Part shown: piece after piece, positions 1 through 10,134 of the stretch | Position numbering within the stretch: the first letter of the stretch is position 1 | How the letters are laid out: each line of letters begins with the position of its first letter | Origin: an uncultured Verrucomicrobiae bacterium | GTDB lineage: Bacteria > Verrucomicrobiota > Verrucomicrobiia > Palsa-1439 | Direction of reading: 5' to 3' | Assembly: GCA_963812605.1 (NCBI GenBank) | Contig: CAWEWF010000002.1 | Location: forward strand, 64,001 to 128,000 | Length of the DNA: 64,000 nt | Notes under the pieces: model-generated | What the model saw: the letters and a program-made list of their open reading frames with translations, nothing else | Database searches by the model: none | What the model was told of the DNA's origin: nothing | Position numbers and translations under genes: made by a program

Positions 1-726
1 TTGCCTTTCCAACGGAAACCCGGACAGAAGACCGTCCTCTACGCGCCCACGTTCAACCGTCCCTTCTCTTCGGCGGCCATGCTCGGCGATCGCCTGATCG
101 AATTGGTCCGCGGTTCCCGACAGGACATCTCTATTATTATCAAGCCGCACCCATTGATCGCCGAACAGAGCCCGGAATGGATGGGAACCTGGCGTCGGCT
201 CGCCCAGGAGCACGAAAATGTTTACCTGACGGCGGACGCAAACGAGGATGTCATGCCCTACCTCCAGGCGGCGGACGTATTGATCACAGACGCTTCCAGT
301 GTCCAACTATATTACCTGGCGCTGGATCGGCCCATGATCCTGATCAACAATCCCGATCGGTTCGGTTGTGAGTATTTCGACCCGCGCGGTTTTGAATGGA
401 CCTGGCGGGACATGGGAAAGCAGATCGAAAACGTGGAAGAGTTGCCCGCGGCTGTGAGCGCCGCCCTCTCCGATCCCGGGTTGAACTCCGACTGGCGCGC
501 GCATTATCGAAAACTCCTTTTCGATGATCTGACCGATGGCAAAGCGGTGGAACGACTCTGCCGGAATGTGGAAGAATTGGCTGCGACCGCACCGGCGGAT
601 CACCTGTCCTATCTGGCCAGCGTACCCGCGGCGCGACTCGCGGCAAGAAAAGTCAAGTGGGCGGCGCGCCGCGCTGCACAAGGAATCACCCGGCTATGGC
701 CCCTGCAACTCCCGCTTTCACGATGA
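1..726 (+). CDS. CDP-glycerol glycerophosphotransferase family protein (TagF/TagB-like), 5' end outside window
   Basis: Motifs VLYAPTF, IIIKPHP, ADVLITDASSV and LALDRPMIL typical of the family; ORF runs off the window edge. Confidence 0.8.
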   Translation: MPFQRKPGQKTVLYAPTFNRPFSSAAMLGDRLIELVRGSRQDISIIIKPHPLIAEQSPEWMGTWRRLAQEHENVYLTADANEDVMPYLQAADVLITDASSVQLYYLALDRPMILINNPDRFGCEYFDPRGFEWTWRDMGKQIENVEELPAAVSAALSDPGLNSDWRAHYRKLLFDDLTDGKAVERLCRNVEELAATAPADHLSYLASVPAARLAARKVKWAARRAAQGITRLWPLQLPLSR

Positions 727-1412
727 AACGCGAACGCGTCAGTGTCTTGATTCTCGCGGCAGGATCGGGAGACCGTCTCGGTAGCCGCCCCAAGGCATTT
801 TTGAAGCTTGATGGCCAGACTTTGCTCGAACGCGCCGTGGCCATCGTGTCACCCTTTGCCGCCGAAATCATCGTCGGGGTGCGATCCGAGGATCTGCCAC
901 GAGCGCGGCGGCTTATGCCGAAAACCGTTCACGTGGTCGCTGGCGGTGCGACCCGCCAGGAAACCTTGTCCAAGCTCCTGCGGTGCTGCACGAAGCCGTT
1001 TGTCCTCTTGCACGAAGTCGCCAGGCCGTTTGTCACCGCGGATCTGTTCGGGAGATTGCTGGCGGAGGTCCAGCGTCATGGCGCCGTGATCCTATATGCG
1101 GAAGTCTCCGAACGTGACAGCCTCGGTCTATTGGAAAAGCAGGGGCTGAAAACGATTCTGCCCCGTCGTTCGGTTGTCGCATTGCAGACTCCCCACGCCT
1201 ATCGAAGGAAAATCCTCCTTCACTCCGACCGCTTGGCGGCGCAACAGGGATGGAATGAGGAAGGCACTGCCGCGATTGTCAAACGCGCCGGACACAAGGT
1301 TCGCCTCGTTCCGGGTTCTCCCGACAACCTTAAGATTACATACGTAGGCGACCTGAAATTCCGTCCCCGTAATCGAGGCCGATCTCCGACCATTCCCAAG
1401 AACAGGTCATGA
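723..1412 (+). CDS. IspD/TarI-family cytidylyltransferase
   Basis: LILAAGSGDRLG..PKAFL, GGATRQET, LLHEVARPF, LQTPHAY, NLKITY; ATG at 723 overlaps the upstream TGA (ATGA). Confidence 0.85.
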   Translation: MKRERVSVLILAAGSGDRLGSRPKAFLKLDGQTLLERAVAIVSPFAAEIIVGVRSEDLPRARRLMPKTVHVVAGGATRQETLSKLLRCCTKPFVLLHEVARPFVTADLFGRLLAEVQRHGAVILYAEVSERDSLGLLEKQGLKTILPRRSVVALQTPHAYRRKILLHSDRLAAQQGWNEEGTAAIVKRAGHKVRLVPGSPDNLKITYVGDLKFRPRNRGRSPTIPKNRS

Positions 1413-2374
1413 TCACGGAAAAGCACGACCGCTCTGTGACGGAAGCGCTGGTTTCGGCAACCATCGCCTTCTTGAATGCGGAGAAATTTCTCGCGGAAAC
1501 CATTGAAAGTGTCCTGGCCCAGACGTACCCGAACTGGGAACTGTGGTTGGTGGATGATGGCTCGACCGATGGCAGCTCACAGATCGCCCGCGACTACGCC
1601 GCGAGACACGCAGATCGCATTCACTACCTGGAGCACCCCGGTCACGAAAATCGCGGCAAGAGCGCCTCCCGCAACCTCGGCTTGCGCCACGCGCGCGGAC
1701 GTTACGTGACGTGGCTGGACGCGGATGATGTCTGGTTACCCGGTCGGTTGGCCAATCACGTGCCGCTCCTGGAAGCGCATCCCGAAGCGGCCATGTTGTA
1801 TGGTCCGACGCTCGTCTGGTTTAGCTGGTCGGGAAAACCGGAAGACAAGTCGAAGGATTACCTGACCCAAACCGGTGTGCCACCAAACACGTTGGTCAAT
1901 CCTCCCGTCCTGGCCAATACTTTCATCCGCAGCGAAGCCTTCCTCCCAAGTCCCTGCAGCATGCTTTTCCGTCGCGACGCGGTCGAGACCGTGGGCGGGT
2001 TCGAGGATGTATTCCGCATTCATTATGACGACATGGCGCTGAACCAGAAAATCCTGCTCCGCTACCCCGTGCTTGTGGTGGACGGGTGTTGGGATCGATA
2101 TCGCCAACATTCCGAAAACAGTTGTTCAGTGGGCCTCCGCACGGGCGTGCTGAATTACGACGGGCCGAGTCCGGCGCGTGGCGAGTATCTGTCCTGGCTT
2201 GAAAGTTACCTGAAAAATACGGGGTTGGCTGGCACGGAAGTGTGGACGACCCTCCAGGAACAACTGTGGCCCTATCGGCATCCGCATTTGTTTCAACTTT
2301 CGAATAAGGCGCGCCGCGTGAAAACAGCCCTCCGGAACGTCGTCCGTTTGGAGAAATACCTGGCCCGGGCCTAG
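1409..2374 (+). CDS. GT2 family glycosyltransferase
   Basis: ETIESVLAQTY, VDDGSTD, SASRNLG, WLDADD. Confidence 0.9.
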   Translation: MITEKHDRSVTEALVSATIAFLNAEKFLAETIESVLAQTYPNWELWLVDDGSTDGSSQIARDYAARHADRIHYLEHPGHENRGKSASRNLGLRHARGRYVTWLDADDVWLPGRLANHVPLLEAHPEAAMLYGPTLVWFSWSGKPEDKSKDYLTQTGVPPNTLVNPPVLANTFIRSEAFLPSPCSMLFRRDAVETVGGFEDVFRIHYDDMALNQKILLRYPVLVVDGCWDRYRQHSENSCSVGLRTGVLNYDGPSPARGEYLSWLESYLKNTGLAGTEVWTTLQEQLWPYRHPHLFQLSNKARRVKTALRNVVRLEKYLARA

Positions 2375-2376
2375 AA

Positions 2377-3414
2377 ATGCTTCTCGCTCGCAAAGTAAAT
2401 GGACTGATTTGGCAGGTCAAGGACCTGGTAGGGCCGAAAGCCCTCATCCTCTTGTACCATCGCATCGCGGATCCCGAGGACGACCCGCACCTCTTATGCG
2501 TTAGTCCCCAGCACTTCGCCGAGCAACTTGCGGTCCTTACGCAACATTACACGCCCCTGTCCCTGCAACAATGTGTGACGGCGGTTGGCCAGGGCCGCCT
2601 TCCCCACCGGGCTGCCGTGATTACTTTCGACGACGGGTATGCCGACAATCTCCACGACGCGAAACCGCTGCTCGAACAGCATGGGTTCCCGGCCACTCTG
2701 TTTATCACCACTGGTCAAATCAACAATCCGCGCGAGTTCTGGTGGGATGAACTGGAAAAGGTATTTCTCTGCCCGAGCGCGCTGCCACAACAACTGGACA
2801 TGGAAATCAACGGCCATGCCCATCATTGGGACGTCGACAGCGCGACACAACATGCCGAAGAGCAGTTCCGCGCCCACGGGGGACGGTGGGCGAGCGATGG
2901 CACGCCGCTCTGCCCCCGCCTTAAGTTGTTACACACGATCCATAGGCTCTTGCGCGGCTTGCCATCGAGGTCGCGAACGGAACAAATGGACGCGCTTCTG
3001 AACTGGTCCGGAGCCTCGCACGTAGCACGTCCGGCACACCGGGCGCTATCGACCGAAGAACTCGCGGCCCTGGCCAGAAGTAATCTCATCGATTTTGGAG
3101 GGCATACCGTGACGCATCCAGACCTGCCAGAACAAGAACTGGCCGTTCAACGTGAGGAGATTCAAAACGGCAAAACCACCCTCGAGCAGATGATCGGTCG
3201 CACTGTCCACAGTTTTTCCTATCCCTACGGGTTTTACTCGGCCCCCACCGTCGAGTTGGTACGCCAAGCTGGGTACAACAGCGCCTGCACGTGCAGCGAA
3301 CGGCCTACCCGCTGTGAATCGGACACTTTCCAGTTGCCCCGGCTCATGGTGCGGGACTGGGATGGCGACGAATTTGCCAGGCGCTTGTACGCCTGCGTTT
3401 CCAAGGGGCAATGA
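2377..3414 (+). CDS. Polysaccharide deacetylase (CE4/NodB-like)
   Basis: LLYHRI, ITFDDGY, GHTVTHPDL, FSYPYG. Confidence 0.9.
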   Translation: MLLARKVNGLIWQVKDLVGPKALILLYHRIADPEDDPHLLCVSPQHFAEQLAVLTQHYTPLSLQQCVTAVGQGRLPHRAAVITFDDGYADNLHDAKPLLEQHGFPATLFITTGQINNPREFWWDELEKVFLCPSALPQQLDMEINGHAHHWDVDSATQHAEEQFRAHGGRWASDGTPLCPRLKLLHTIHRLLRGLPSRSRTEQMDALLNWSGASHVARPAHRALSTEELAALARSNLIDFGGHTVTHPDLPEQELAVQREEIQNGKTTLEQMIGRTVHSFSYPYGFYSAPTVELVRQAGYNSACTCSERPTRCESDTFQLPRLMVRDWDGDEFARRLYACVSKGQ

Positions 3415-4781
3415 AGATCCTTCAAGTCAGCACAGCCGATGTCGCCGGTGGCGCGGAGCGCGTCGCTTTCGGGCTCTTTGACCAATACCGCGAACTTGGG
3501 CACGAGTCGTGGCTGGTTGTGGGCACGAAACGTACGCAGGAAGCGAATGTTGTGGAGCTGAATCACGCCGAACCCAGGCATTTCTGGTATCGTCTCTGGG
3601 CGCATATCGCTGCGAAATTGGATCCCTATGCCGGGCACATGAAGGGAGCCGGTCGCAGCAAACAATGGTCGGAATCTCTTTCGCGGCCCAGCCACTGGCT
3701 CAGTTGGCAACTCGGCCATGAGTATTTTGATTTCCCAGGCACGCGCGACCTCCTGGCGTTAGCACCCGGCAGTCCCGATATTGTGCATTGCCACAACCTC
3801 CACGGTCCCCGTACCGAAGACTACTTTGATCTTCGAATGCTGCCCTGGTTGAGTCAGCGCGTGCCGTTGGTCATGACCCTGCACGACGCCTGGCTCTTGA
3901 GCGGGCACTGCGCGCATTCCTTCGATTGCGACCGCTGGCAAACCGGCTGCGGCAAATGCCCCGATCTGACGATCTATCCCGCCCTCAAGCGTGACGGGAC
4001 CGCCTACAACTGGCGCCGCAAGAAGCAGATTTACGAGAATTCACGCATCTATGTTGCCACACCATCACGCTGGTTGATGAAGAAAGTCGAGCAGTCAATC
4101 CTTATCCCGGCGGTTATCGAAAAGCGGGTGATCCCCAACGGTGTGGATCTGCACACGTTCAAGTCCGCCGATCAGCGAACGATCCGCCAGGAATTGGGGT
4201 TGCCGATCCACACGCCCATCCTCATGTTCGCAGCCTACGGTATCCGCCACAACCGGTGGAAGGACTTCCAGACCCTGCATCAAGCGGTGATCATGGTGGC
4301 CGAGCGGATGGCCGGTCAACCACTGCTGTTCCTGGCGATCGGCCAGGAATCGCCCTCAGAGAGAATCGGAAATGCCGAGATCCGTTTTCTTCCCTTCGAA
4401 CCGGACCCCGCGAAGATGGCCAAATACTATCAGGCAGCCGATCTCTACATTCACGCGGCCCGTGCGGATACCTTTCCCACGACGGTCCTGGAAGCCCTGG
4501 CCTGCGGACGGCCCGTCATTGCCTCTGCTGTCGGCGGTATTCCCGAGCAGGTAGAAGAAGGTCGGACCGGTTTTCTGGTCGAGGTTGGCGACCAACAAGC
4601 CATGGCGGGGCGTGTGGAGCAATTGCTGCGTGACACCAGTCGCCGGATCCACATGGGGCAATGCGCTGCTGAAACAGCCCGAAGGCAGTTTGATTTGGAG
4701 CGTCAATCGAATGACTATCTCGAATGGTACGAGTCAATCCTCCACCCCGCTGATCGTTTGCAGACGTTGTCGTTGGCGTAA
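3411..4781 (+). CDS. GT4 family glycosyltransferase (WcaC-like)
   Basis: GGAE, HCHNLHG, TLHDAWLLSGHC, Cys-rich CGKCP loop, DTFPTTVLEALACG. Confidence 0.9.
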   Translation: MKILQVSTADVAGGAERVAFGLFDQYRELGHESWLVVGTKRTQEANVVELNHAEPRHFWYRLWAHIAAKLDPYAGHMKGAGRSKQWSESLSRPSHWLSWQLGHEYFDFPGTRDLLALAPGSPDIVHCHNLHGPRTEDYFDLRMLPWLSQRVPLVMTLHDAWLLSGHCAHSFDCDRWQTGCGKCPDLTIYPALKRDGTAYNWRRKKQIYENSRIYVATPSRWLMKKVEQSILIPAVIEKRVIPNGVDLHTFKSADQRTIRQELGLPIHTPILMFAAYGIRHNRWKDFQTLHQAVIMVAERMAGQPLLFLAIGQESPSERIGNAEIRFLPFEPDPAKMAKYYQAADLYIHAARADTFPTTVLEALACGRPVIASAVGGIPEQVEEGRTGFLVEVGDQQAMAGRVEQLLRDTSRRIHMGQCAAETARRQFDLERQSNDYLEWYESILHPADRLQTLSLA

Positions 4782-4979
4782 CTCGATAAAGATCCACCAC
4801 TGGAAAAGTTCCTCGACACCCCTTTGGAATAGTACACCAGGGACTTGATTTGCCGTTTAGATTGATCTAAATAAGCCGCTCTACTTTCTGGGATGATCAA
4901 TGGTCAGAATCGTAAGTGTTATCGGGAAGTACGCGATGATTCTCGAAACGGTACTGGCGAGAAAAACTGAGGTAACCGT
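4782..4979 (+). promoter_or_regulatory. Intergenic gap with probable internal promoter and GAGG ribosome-binding site for rfbF
   Basis: About 200-bp A+T-richer non-coding gap in an otherwise coupled operon; GAGG about 8 nt before ATG 4980. Confidence 0.3.
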
Positions 4980-5753
4980 ATGAAGGCAATAATTCTCGCC
5001 GGTGGATTTGGCTCCCGTCTCTCCGAGGAAACGACGTTGCGACCCAAGCCGATGGTTGAGATTGGCGGACATCCGATTCTCTGGCACATCATGAAGATCT
5101 TCGCCGCCCATCATATCACCGAGTTCATCATTGCCCTCGGGTACCGCGGCGAGGTCATCAAGGATTATTTTCTAAATTTCCAGACGATCAATAACAACGT
5201 CACTATCGATCTCGCCAACGGCAAGGTGAAGATCCACAGGGGGGACCAGCCGAAATGGAAGATTCATCTCGTCGACACCGGCCTCAACGCCAACACCGGC
5301 GGACGCCTCAAGCGGCTGGCCCATTGGATCGACGACGATGAAACCTTCATGTTTACCTACGGCGACGGTGTCGCCGACCTGGATATTACGTCGCTCATCA
5401 AATTCCACCAGGCGCACGGCAAACTGGCGACGGTCACCACCGTTCATTCCCCCGCCCGCTTCGGTCGTATCAGTTTCAATGGAGACAGCGTTCGCGAGTT
5501 TTATGAGAAAGCCGAGGCCCGCGAGGGCTGGATCAATGGTGGCTATTTCGTCTTGCACCGCAAATGCCTTGATTACATCGCTGGCGATGACACCGCCTGG
5601 GAACGCGGTCCGGTCGAGCAGCTTGCGCGCGCCGGCCAGCTCATGGGTTACCGGCACACGGGCTTTTGGTCGTGCATGGACACCCTGAAGGAAAAAAATA
5701 TCCTCGAGGAGATGTGGAACTCAAGCCAGGTCCCCTGGAAGATCTGGGAATAA
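4980..5753 (+). CDS. rfbF: Glucose-1-phosphate cytidylyltransferase
   Basis: ILAGGFGSRLSEET..RPKPMVEIG, VDTGLNANTGGRLKR, TYGDGV, WINGGYF, FWSCMDT. Confidence 0.92.
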   Translation: MKAIILAGGFGSRLSEETTLRPKPMVEIGGHPILWHIMKIFAAHHITEFIIALGYRGEVIKDYFLNFQTINNNVTIDLANGKVKIHRGDQPKWKIHLVDTGLNANTGGRLKRLAHWIDDDETFMFTYGDGVADLDITSLIKFHQAHGKLATVTTVHSPARFGRISFNGDSVREFYEKAEAREGWINGGYFVLHRKCLDYIAGDDTAWERGPVEQLARAGQLMGYRHTGFWSCMDTLKEKNILEEMWNSSQVPWKIWE

Positions 5754-5784
5754 TGTGGGACAGGACCCCCGACCACCGAGAAAT

Positions 5785-6809
5785 ATGAAACTACTGGTTA
5801 CCGGAACTGACGGATATATCGGAATCTTGCTCGCCGATGTGCTCGCGAAACGCGGTCACCACGTGACCGGACTCGATGCCGGCTTCTACCGCGACGGGTT
5901 GCTCTACAACGGCGTGCCAGCCCCGGCGCGGCAAATCAAGCAGGACATTCGCGACATCACGCATGACGACTTGCGTGGTTACGATGCGGCAATCCACCTC
6001 GCGGAACTGTCCAATGACCCGCTCGGCCAGCACAATCGCGAACTCACCTTCCACATCAACCACCGCGGCAGCGTCGCGCTGGCTACGAAGTGCCGGGAAG
6101 CGGGCATCACGCGTTTCGTGTACACGTCTTCGTGCAGCGTCTACGGCGTCGCCGCCAATGAGAATGTCACGGAAACCTCGCCGACGAATCCGCAAACCGC
6201 TTATGCGGAATGCAAGGTGCTCGTCGAACGTGACGTCTCGGCGCTGGCCGACCGCAGCTTCTCACCGACGTTCCTGCGCAACGCGACGGCCTTCGGCGCG
6301 TCGCCGCGGATGCGGTTCGACATCGTGCTGAACAACCTGGCGGGCCTCGCCTGGACGACGAAGGAAATCAAGATGATCAGCGACGGCACGCCCTGGCGTC
6401 CGCTGGTGCATGTGCTGGACATTTGCGACGCCGTGGCTTGCGTCCTCGATGCGCCCCGCGAGACCGTGCACAACCAGGTGTTCAATGTCGGCGACAACGG
6501 GCAGAACTATCGGGTGCGAGAGATCGCCGAGATCATCGCCGACGTGTTCCCCGGCTCCGGCTCAGCTTCGGCGCGAACGCCGCGGACAACCGCAGTTACC
6601 GGGTGAATTTCGACAAAATCAACTCGCAGCTTCCCGGTTTCCGCTGCCAGCGCGACGCGCGCGCGGGCGCGCAGGAACTCCGCGGTGTATTCGAGAAGAT
6701 CCAAATGACTCCCGAGATCTTTGAGTTTCGGGCGTTCACGCGACTGAAGCAACTCGAGCATTTGCTGCGCACGGCGCAAATCGACGACAGCCTTCATTGG
6801 AGACGCGAT
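5785..6809 (+). CDS. NAD-dependent epimerase/dehydratase (extended SDR), frameshift near 6557; 3' end approximate
   Basis: VTGTDGYIG, LAELSNDP, SSCSVYG, YAECK; family-like C-terminus (DNRSYRVNFDKI..FTRLKQL) continues in the 6423..6950 frame. Confidence 0.8.
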
Positions 6810-8110
6810 ATGAACAAGCCCGGCCATGTCGATTCTGCGGCGCGAACCTGGAGCACACGTTCGTCGATCTGGGTGCTTCGCCGATTGCCAATGATTACCG
6901 GAATGTGCCGCAACTCAGCGAAATGGAGCCGTTCTACCCGCTTCACGTGAAGGTCTGCGATCGCTGCCTGCTCGTGCAAGTTGCCGACTGTATCAGCGCC
7001 CGTCATATCTTCAGTGATAGCTACGCGTATTTCTCCTCGTTCTCTGATAGTTGGCTGGCGCACGCGCAGGCGTATGTCGAGATGATCACCGGGCGGCTCC
7101 AGCTTGGTCCGCAGCATCAGGTCATTGAAGTCGCCTGCAATGACGGCTACCTGTTGCAGTACTTCGTCGCGAAAGGAATTCCCGTGCTGGGAATCGAGCC
7201 CACGGCCAACACTGCCGCCGCGGCGGCGAAAAAAGGCATTCCGACCGTCGTGAAGTTTCTCGGTGAAGAAACCGCGCGGGACCTGGCGCGAGGCGGCCGG
7301 CAGGCCGATCTGCTTATCGGCAACAACGTGCTCGCGCACGTGCCCGATATCAATGACTTCGTCGAAGGCCTGCGCCTGTTGCTCAAGCCGACCGGCGTGC
7401 TGACGATGGAGTTCCCACACCTGCTGCGGTTGATGGCGGACAATCAATTCGACACGATCTACCACGAGCACTATCAATATCTGTCGCTGCTGGTGGTCGA
7501 GAAGATTTTTGACGCGCACGGCCTCACGGTGTTCGATGTTGAAGAGCTTCCCACGCATGGCGGCTCACTGCGAATCTACGCCCGGCCCGCCAGCGATGAA
7601 TCACGGCCCGGCACGCCGCGCCTCGCGGACTTGCGCCAGCGCGAGTTGCACGCCGGCTACGACCGCCTGAACACCTATCTTTCCTTTACGGAGCGCGTCA
7701 AGGAAACCAAGCGCAAGTTACTGGAGTTCCTGATTGACGCGAAGCGCAGGGGGAAAACGATCGTCGGCTACGGCGCCCCGGCCAAGGGCAATACATTGCT
7801 GAATTACTGCGGTGTGCGCACGGACTTTATCGATTATACGGTGGACCGCAGTCCGCATAAGCAGAAGTTGTTTCTTCCGGGCACGCACATCCCGGTTCAT
7901 CATCCGGACAAGATTCGGGAGACGAAACCCGATTACGTCCTGATCTTGCCCTGGAATATTAAAGACGAAATCATGCAGCAAATGTCATTTATCCACGAGT
8001 GGGGTGGAGAATTCGTGGTGCCAATACCCGAGGTGAGGATCTATCCGGCCCGCGGTACACCAGCAAGCCGTGACAAACAGGTGAAGGATGTGAAAGGAAT
8101 GAAACGATGA
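6797..8110 (+). CDS. NDP-sugar C-methyltransferase (Zn-binding N-terminus, class I SAM domain, C-terminal domain)
   Basis: CRFC..VDLG, CDRCLLVQ, EVACNDGYLL, NNVLAHVPD, FDTIYHEH, HGGSLR, YGAPAKGNTLLNY; start codon uncertain. Confidence 0.88.
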   Translation: METRYEQARPCRFCGANLEHTFVDLGASPIANDYRNVPQLSEMEPFYPLHVKVCDRCLLVQVADCISARHIFSDSYAYFSSFSDSWLAHAQAYVEMITGRLQLGPQHQVIEVACNDGYLLQYFVAKGIPVLGIEPTANTAAAAAKKGIPTVVKFLGEETARDLARGGRQADLLIGNNVLAHVPDINDFVEGLRLLLKPTGVLTMEFPHLLRLMADNQFDTIYHEHYQYLSLLVVEKIFDAHGLTVFDVEELPTHGGSLRIYARPASDESRPGTPRLADLRQRELHAGYDRLNTYLSFTERVKETKRKLLEFLIDAKRRGKTIVGYGAPAKGNTLLNYCGVRTDFIDYTVDRSPHKQKLFLPGTHIPVHHPDKIRETKPDYVLILPWNIKDEIMQQMSFIHEWGGEFVVPIPEVRIYPARGTPASRDKQVKDVKGMKR

Positions 8111-8904
8111 AGGTTGTCTTGTTTTGCGGCGGTCTCGGAATGCGCTTGAAGGAAAGCGAGGAAAGCCTCCCGAAGCCGCTTGTGAGAATTGGCTACATGC
8201 CGATCCTGTGGCACCTGATGAAGTACTATGCCCATTTTGGACATAAGGATTTCATCCTCTGCCTGGGCTACAAGGCCGACGTGATCAAGCAGTATTTCCT
8301 CACCTATAACGAGTGCACCTTGAATGATTTTGTCATGACCAATGGCGGTCAGGACATCCAATTGCTCAACCATGACCTGAAGGACTGGCGGATTACATTT
8401 GTCGACACGGGCACTTATTGCACCGTCGGGCAGCGACTCAAGTCCGTCCAACATCATCTCCAAGGTGAAGAAATGTTCCTGGCCAATTACAGTGACGGGC
8501 TGACCGACCTCCCCCTGCCCAACCTCATCGATTTCGCGAAGCAGCAGCGCCGGATCGCCACGTTTCTCTGCGTCAGGCCGAACCTCACCTATCACTTCGT
8601 CACGATGGGTGATCAGGGCCGGGTCACCGGCATTAACGACATTCAAGGCTCCAATATTCGCATCAACGGTGGATTTTACGTTTTCCAGCAGGGGGTTTTC
8701 GATTATATCCAGAACGGCGAGGAACTCGTCCCCGGCTCGCTCCAGCGGCTCACTGACGACAATCAACTCAGCGCTTTTTGCTACGACGGGTTCTGGGCCG
8801 GGATGGATACGTTTAAAGACAAGCAACATCTCGAAGATCTGCACGCCCGCGGCGCAGCCCCGTGGGAAGTCTGGAAGCCGCAGTCGCCAACCGCGCGCAC
8901 CTGA
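8107..8904 (+). CDS. Second glucose-1-phosphate cytidylyltransferase-like nucleotidyltransferase
   Basis: VLFCGGLGMRL, PKPLVRIG, ANYSDGL, INGGFY, FWAGMDTFKD. Confidence 0.85.
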   Translation: MKVVLFCGGLGMRLKESEESLPKPLVRIGYMPILWHLMKYYAHFGHKDFILCLGYKADVIKQYFLTYNECTLNDFVMTNGGQDIQLLNHDLKDWRITFVDTGTYCTVGQRLKSVQHHLQGEEMFLANYSDGLTDLPLPNLIDFAKQQRRIATFLCVRPNLTYHFVTMGDQGRVTGINDIQGSNIRINGGFYVFQQGVFDYIQNGEELVPGSLQRLTDDNQLSAFCYDGFWAGMDTFKDKQHLEDLHARGAAPWEVWKPQSPTART

Positions 8905-8914
8905 CATTCTTCAC

Positions 8915-9571
8915 ATGATCACCCTGAAGCTTGACGATCAGCTTTGCGCCCCGCGCACCGTGTTGTGCCTCGGCGCACACGCCGACGACATTGAGATCGG
9001 CTGTGGCGGCACACTCTTGAAACTCACCGAACAGAACCCCAATATCACTGTCCATTGGGTTGTCTTCAGCGCCTCGCCTCCGCGTGCGCGCGAAGCCAAA
9101 CAGAGCGCCCGGGTTTTTCTGCGAAGCGCACACGCGAAGAAAATCGTGGTCAAAGCGTTTCGTGATAGTTATTTCCCGTTCATGGGCGAACGGATCAAGA
9201 AGTTCGTCCAACAGTTGAGCCAGGAGGTCGCGCCGGACCTGATCTTCACGCACCGCCGCAAAGATCTGCATCAGGACCATCGCCTGCTGGCCGAGTTGAC
9301 GTGGAACGCTTTTCGCAACCACCTGATTCTCGAGTACGAAATCCCAAAGTACGACGGTGACATGGGCGCCCCAAATGGCTACGTCCATCTCAGCAAAGAT
9401 ACGGCTGAACGCAAGGTGCGCGCCATTTGCGAACAATTCAAGACCCAGAAATCCAAACCGTGGTTTAGCGAGGACACATTCATGGCCCTGCTGCGGCTCC
9501 GCGGCATTGAGTCGAACTCGCCCGGCAAGTACGCCGAGGCCTTTTACTGCCAAAAGATGCTTCTCCTTTGA
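8915..9571 (+). CDS. PIG-L family deacetylase
   Basis: GAHADDIEIGCGG, DLHQDH, YAEAF; in-frame ATG at 8915. Confidence 0.85.
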   Translation: MITLKLDDQLCAPRTVLCLGAHADDIEIGCGGTLLKLTEQNPNITVHWVVFSASPPRAREAKQSARVFLRSAHAKKIVVKAFRDSYFPFMGERIKKFVQQLSQEVAPDLIFTHRRKDLHQDHRLLAELTWNAFRNHLILEYEIPKYDGDMGAPNGYVHLSKDTAERKVRAICEQFKTQKSKPWFSEDTFMALLRLRGIESNSPGKYAEAFYCQKMLLL

Positions 9572-9603
9572 CAATGCGTGGCGCTGACGCGACCACTACC
9601 ACA

Positions 9604-10134
9604 ATGATCTTCAAAAAAACGCGGATTCAAGGCGTGTACCTGCTCGAACTCGAACGGATAACCGACGAGCGCGGTTTCTTCGCCCGCCTCTGGTGCCAGA
9701 GCGAGTTTATAAAGCATGGGATCGATTCACGCCTCGTGCAATGCAATCTCTCTTTCAACCCGCACAGGGGCACGCTCCGCGGTATGCACTACCAGCTTCC
9801 GCCGCATGAGGAAACCAAGGTCGTGCGCTGCACCATGGGCGCCATCTTTGACGTCGCCGTGGATCTGCGGCGCGACTCCCCGACGTTCCAACAATGGGTC
9901 GGTGCGCCTCTGACTGTGGAAAACCGGGAGATGCTGGTGATCCCGCCGGGCTGCGCGCATGGATTCCTCACGCTGGCGGGGAACACAGAGGTCACCTACC
10001 AAATGTCTATGGCCTACGCGGCCAAACATGGCGCGGGTGTCCGCTGGAATGATCCGGCTTTCGACATCCAGTGGCCCGGTGACGTGAAGGTGATTGCCGA
10101 CCGCGATCGTAATTACCCCGATTTCAAGCCATGA
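9604..10134 (+). CDS. rfbC: dTDP-4-dehydrorhamnose 3,5-epimerase family (RmlC/RfbC-like)
   Basis: DERGFFAR, GTLRGMHYQ, DVAVDLR, PPGCAHGF, RWNDP. Confidence 0.88.
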   Translation: MIFKKTRIQGVYLLELERITDERGFFARLWCQSEFIKHGIDSRLVQCNLSFNPHRGTLRGMHYQLPPHEETKVVRCTMGAIFDVAVDLRRDSPTFQQWVGAPLTVENREMLVIPPGCAHGFLTLAGNTEVTYQMSMAYAAKHGAGVRWNDPAFDIQWPGDVKVIADRDRNYPDFKP

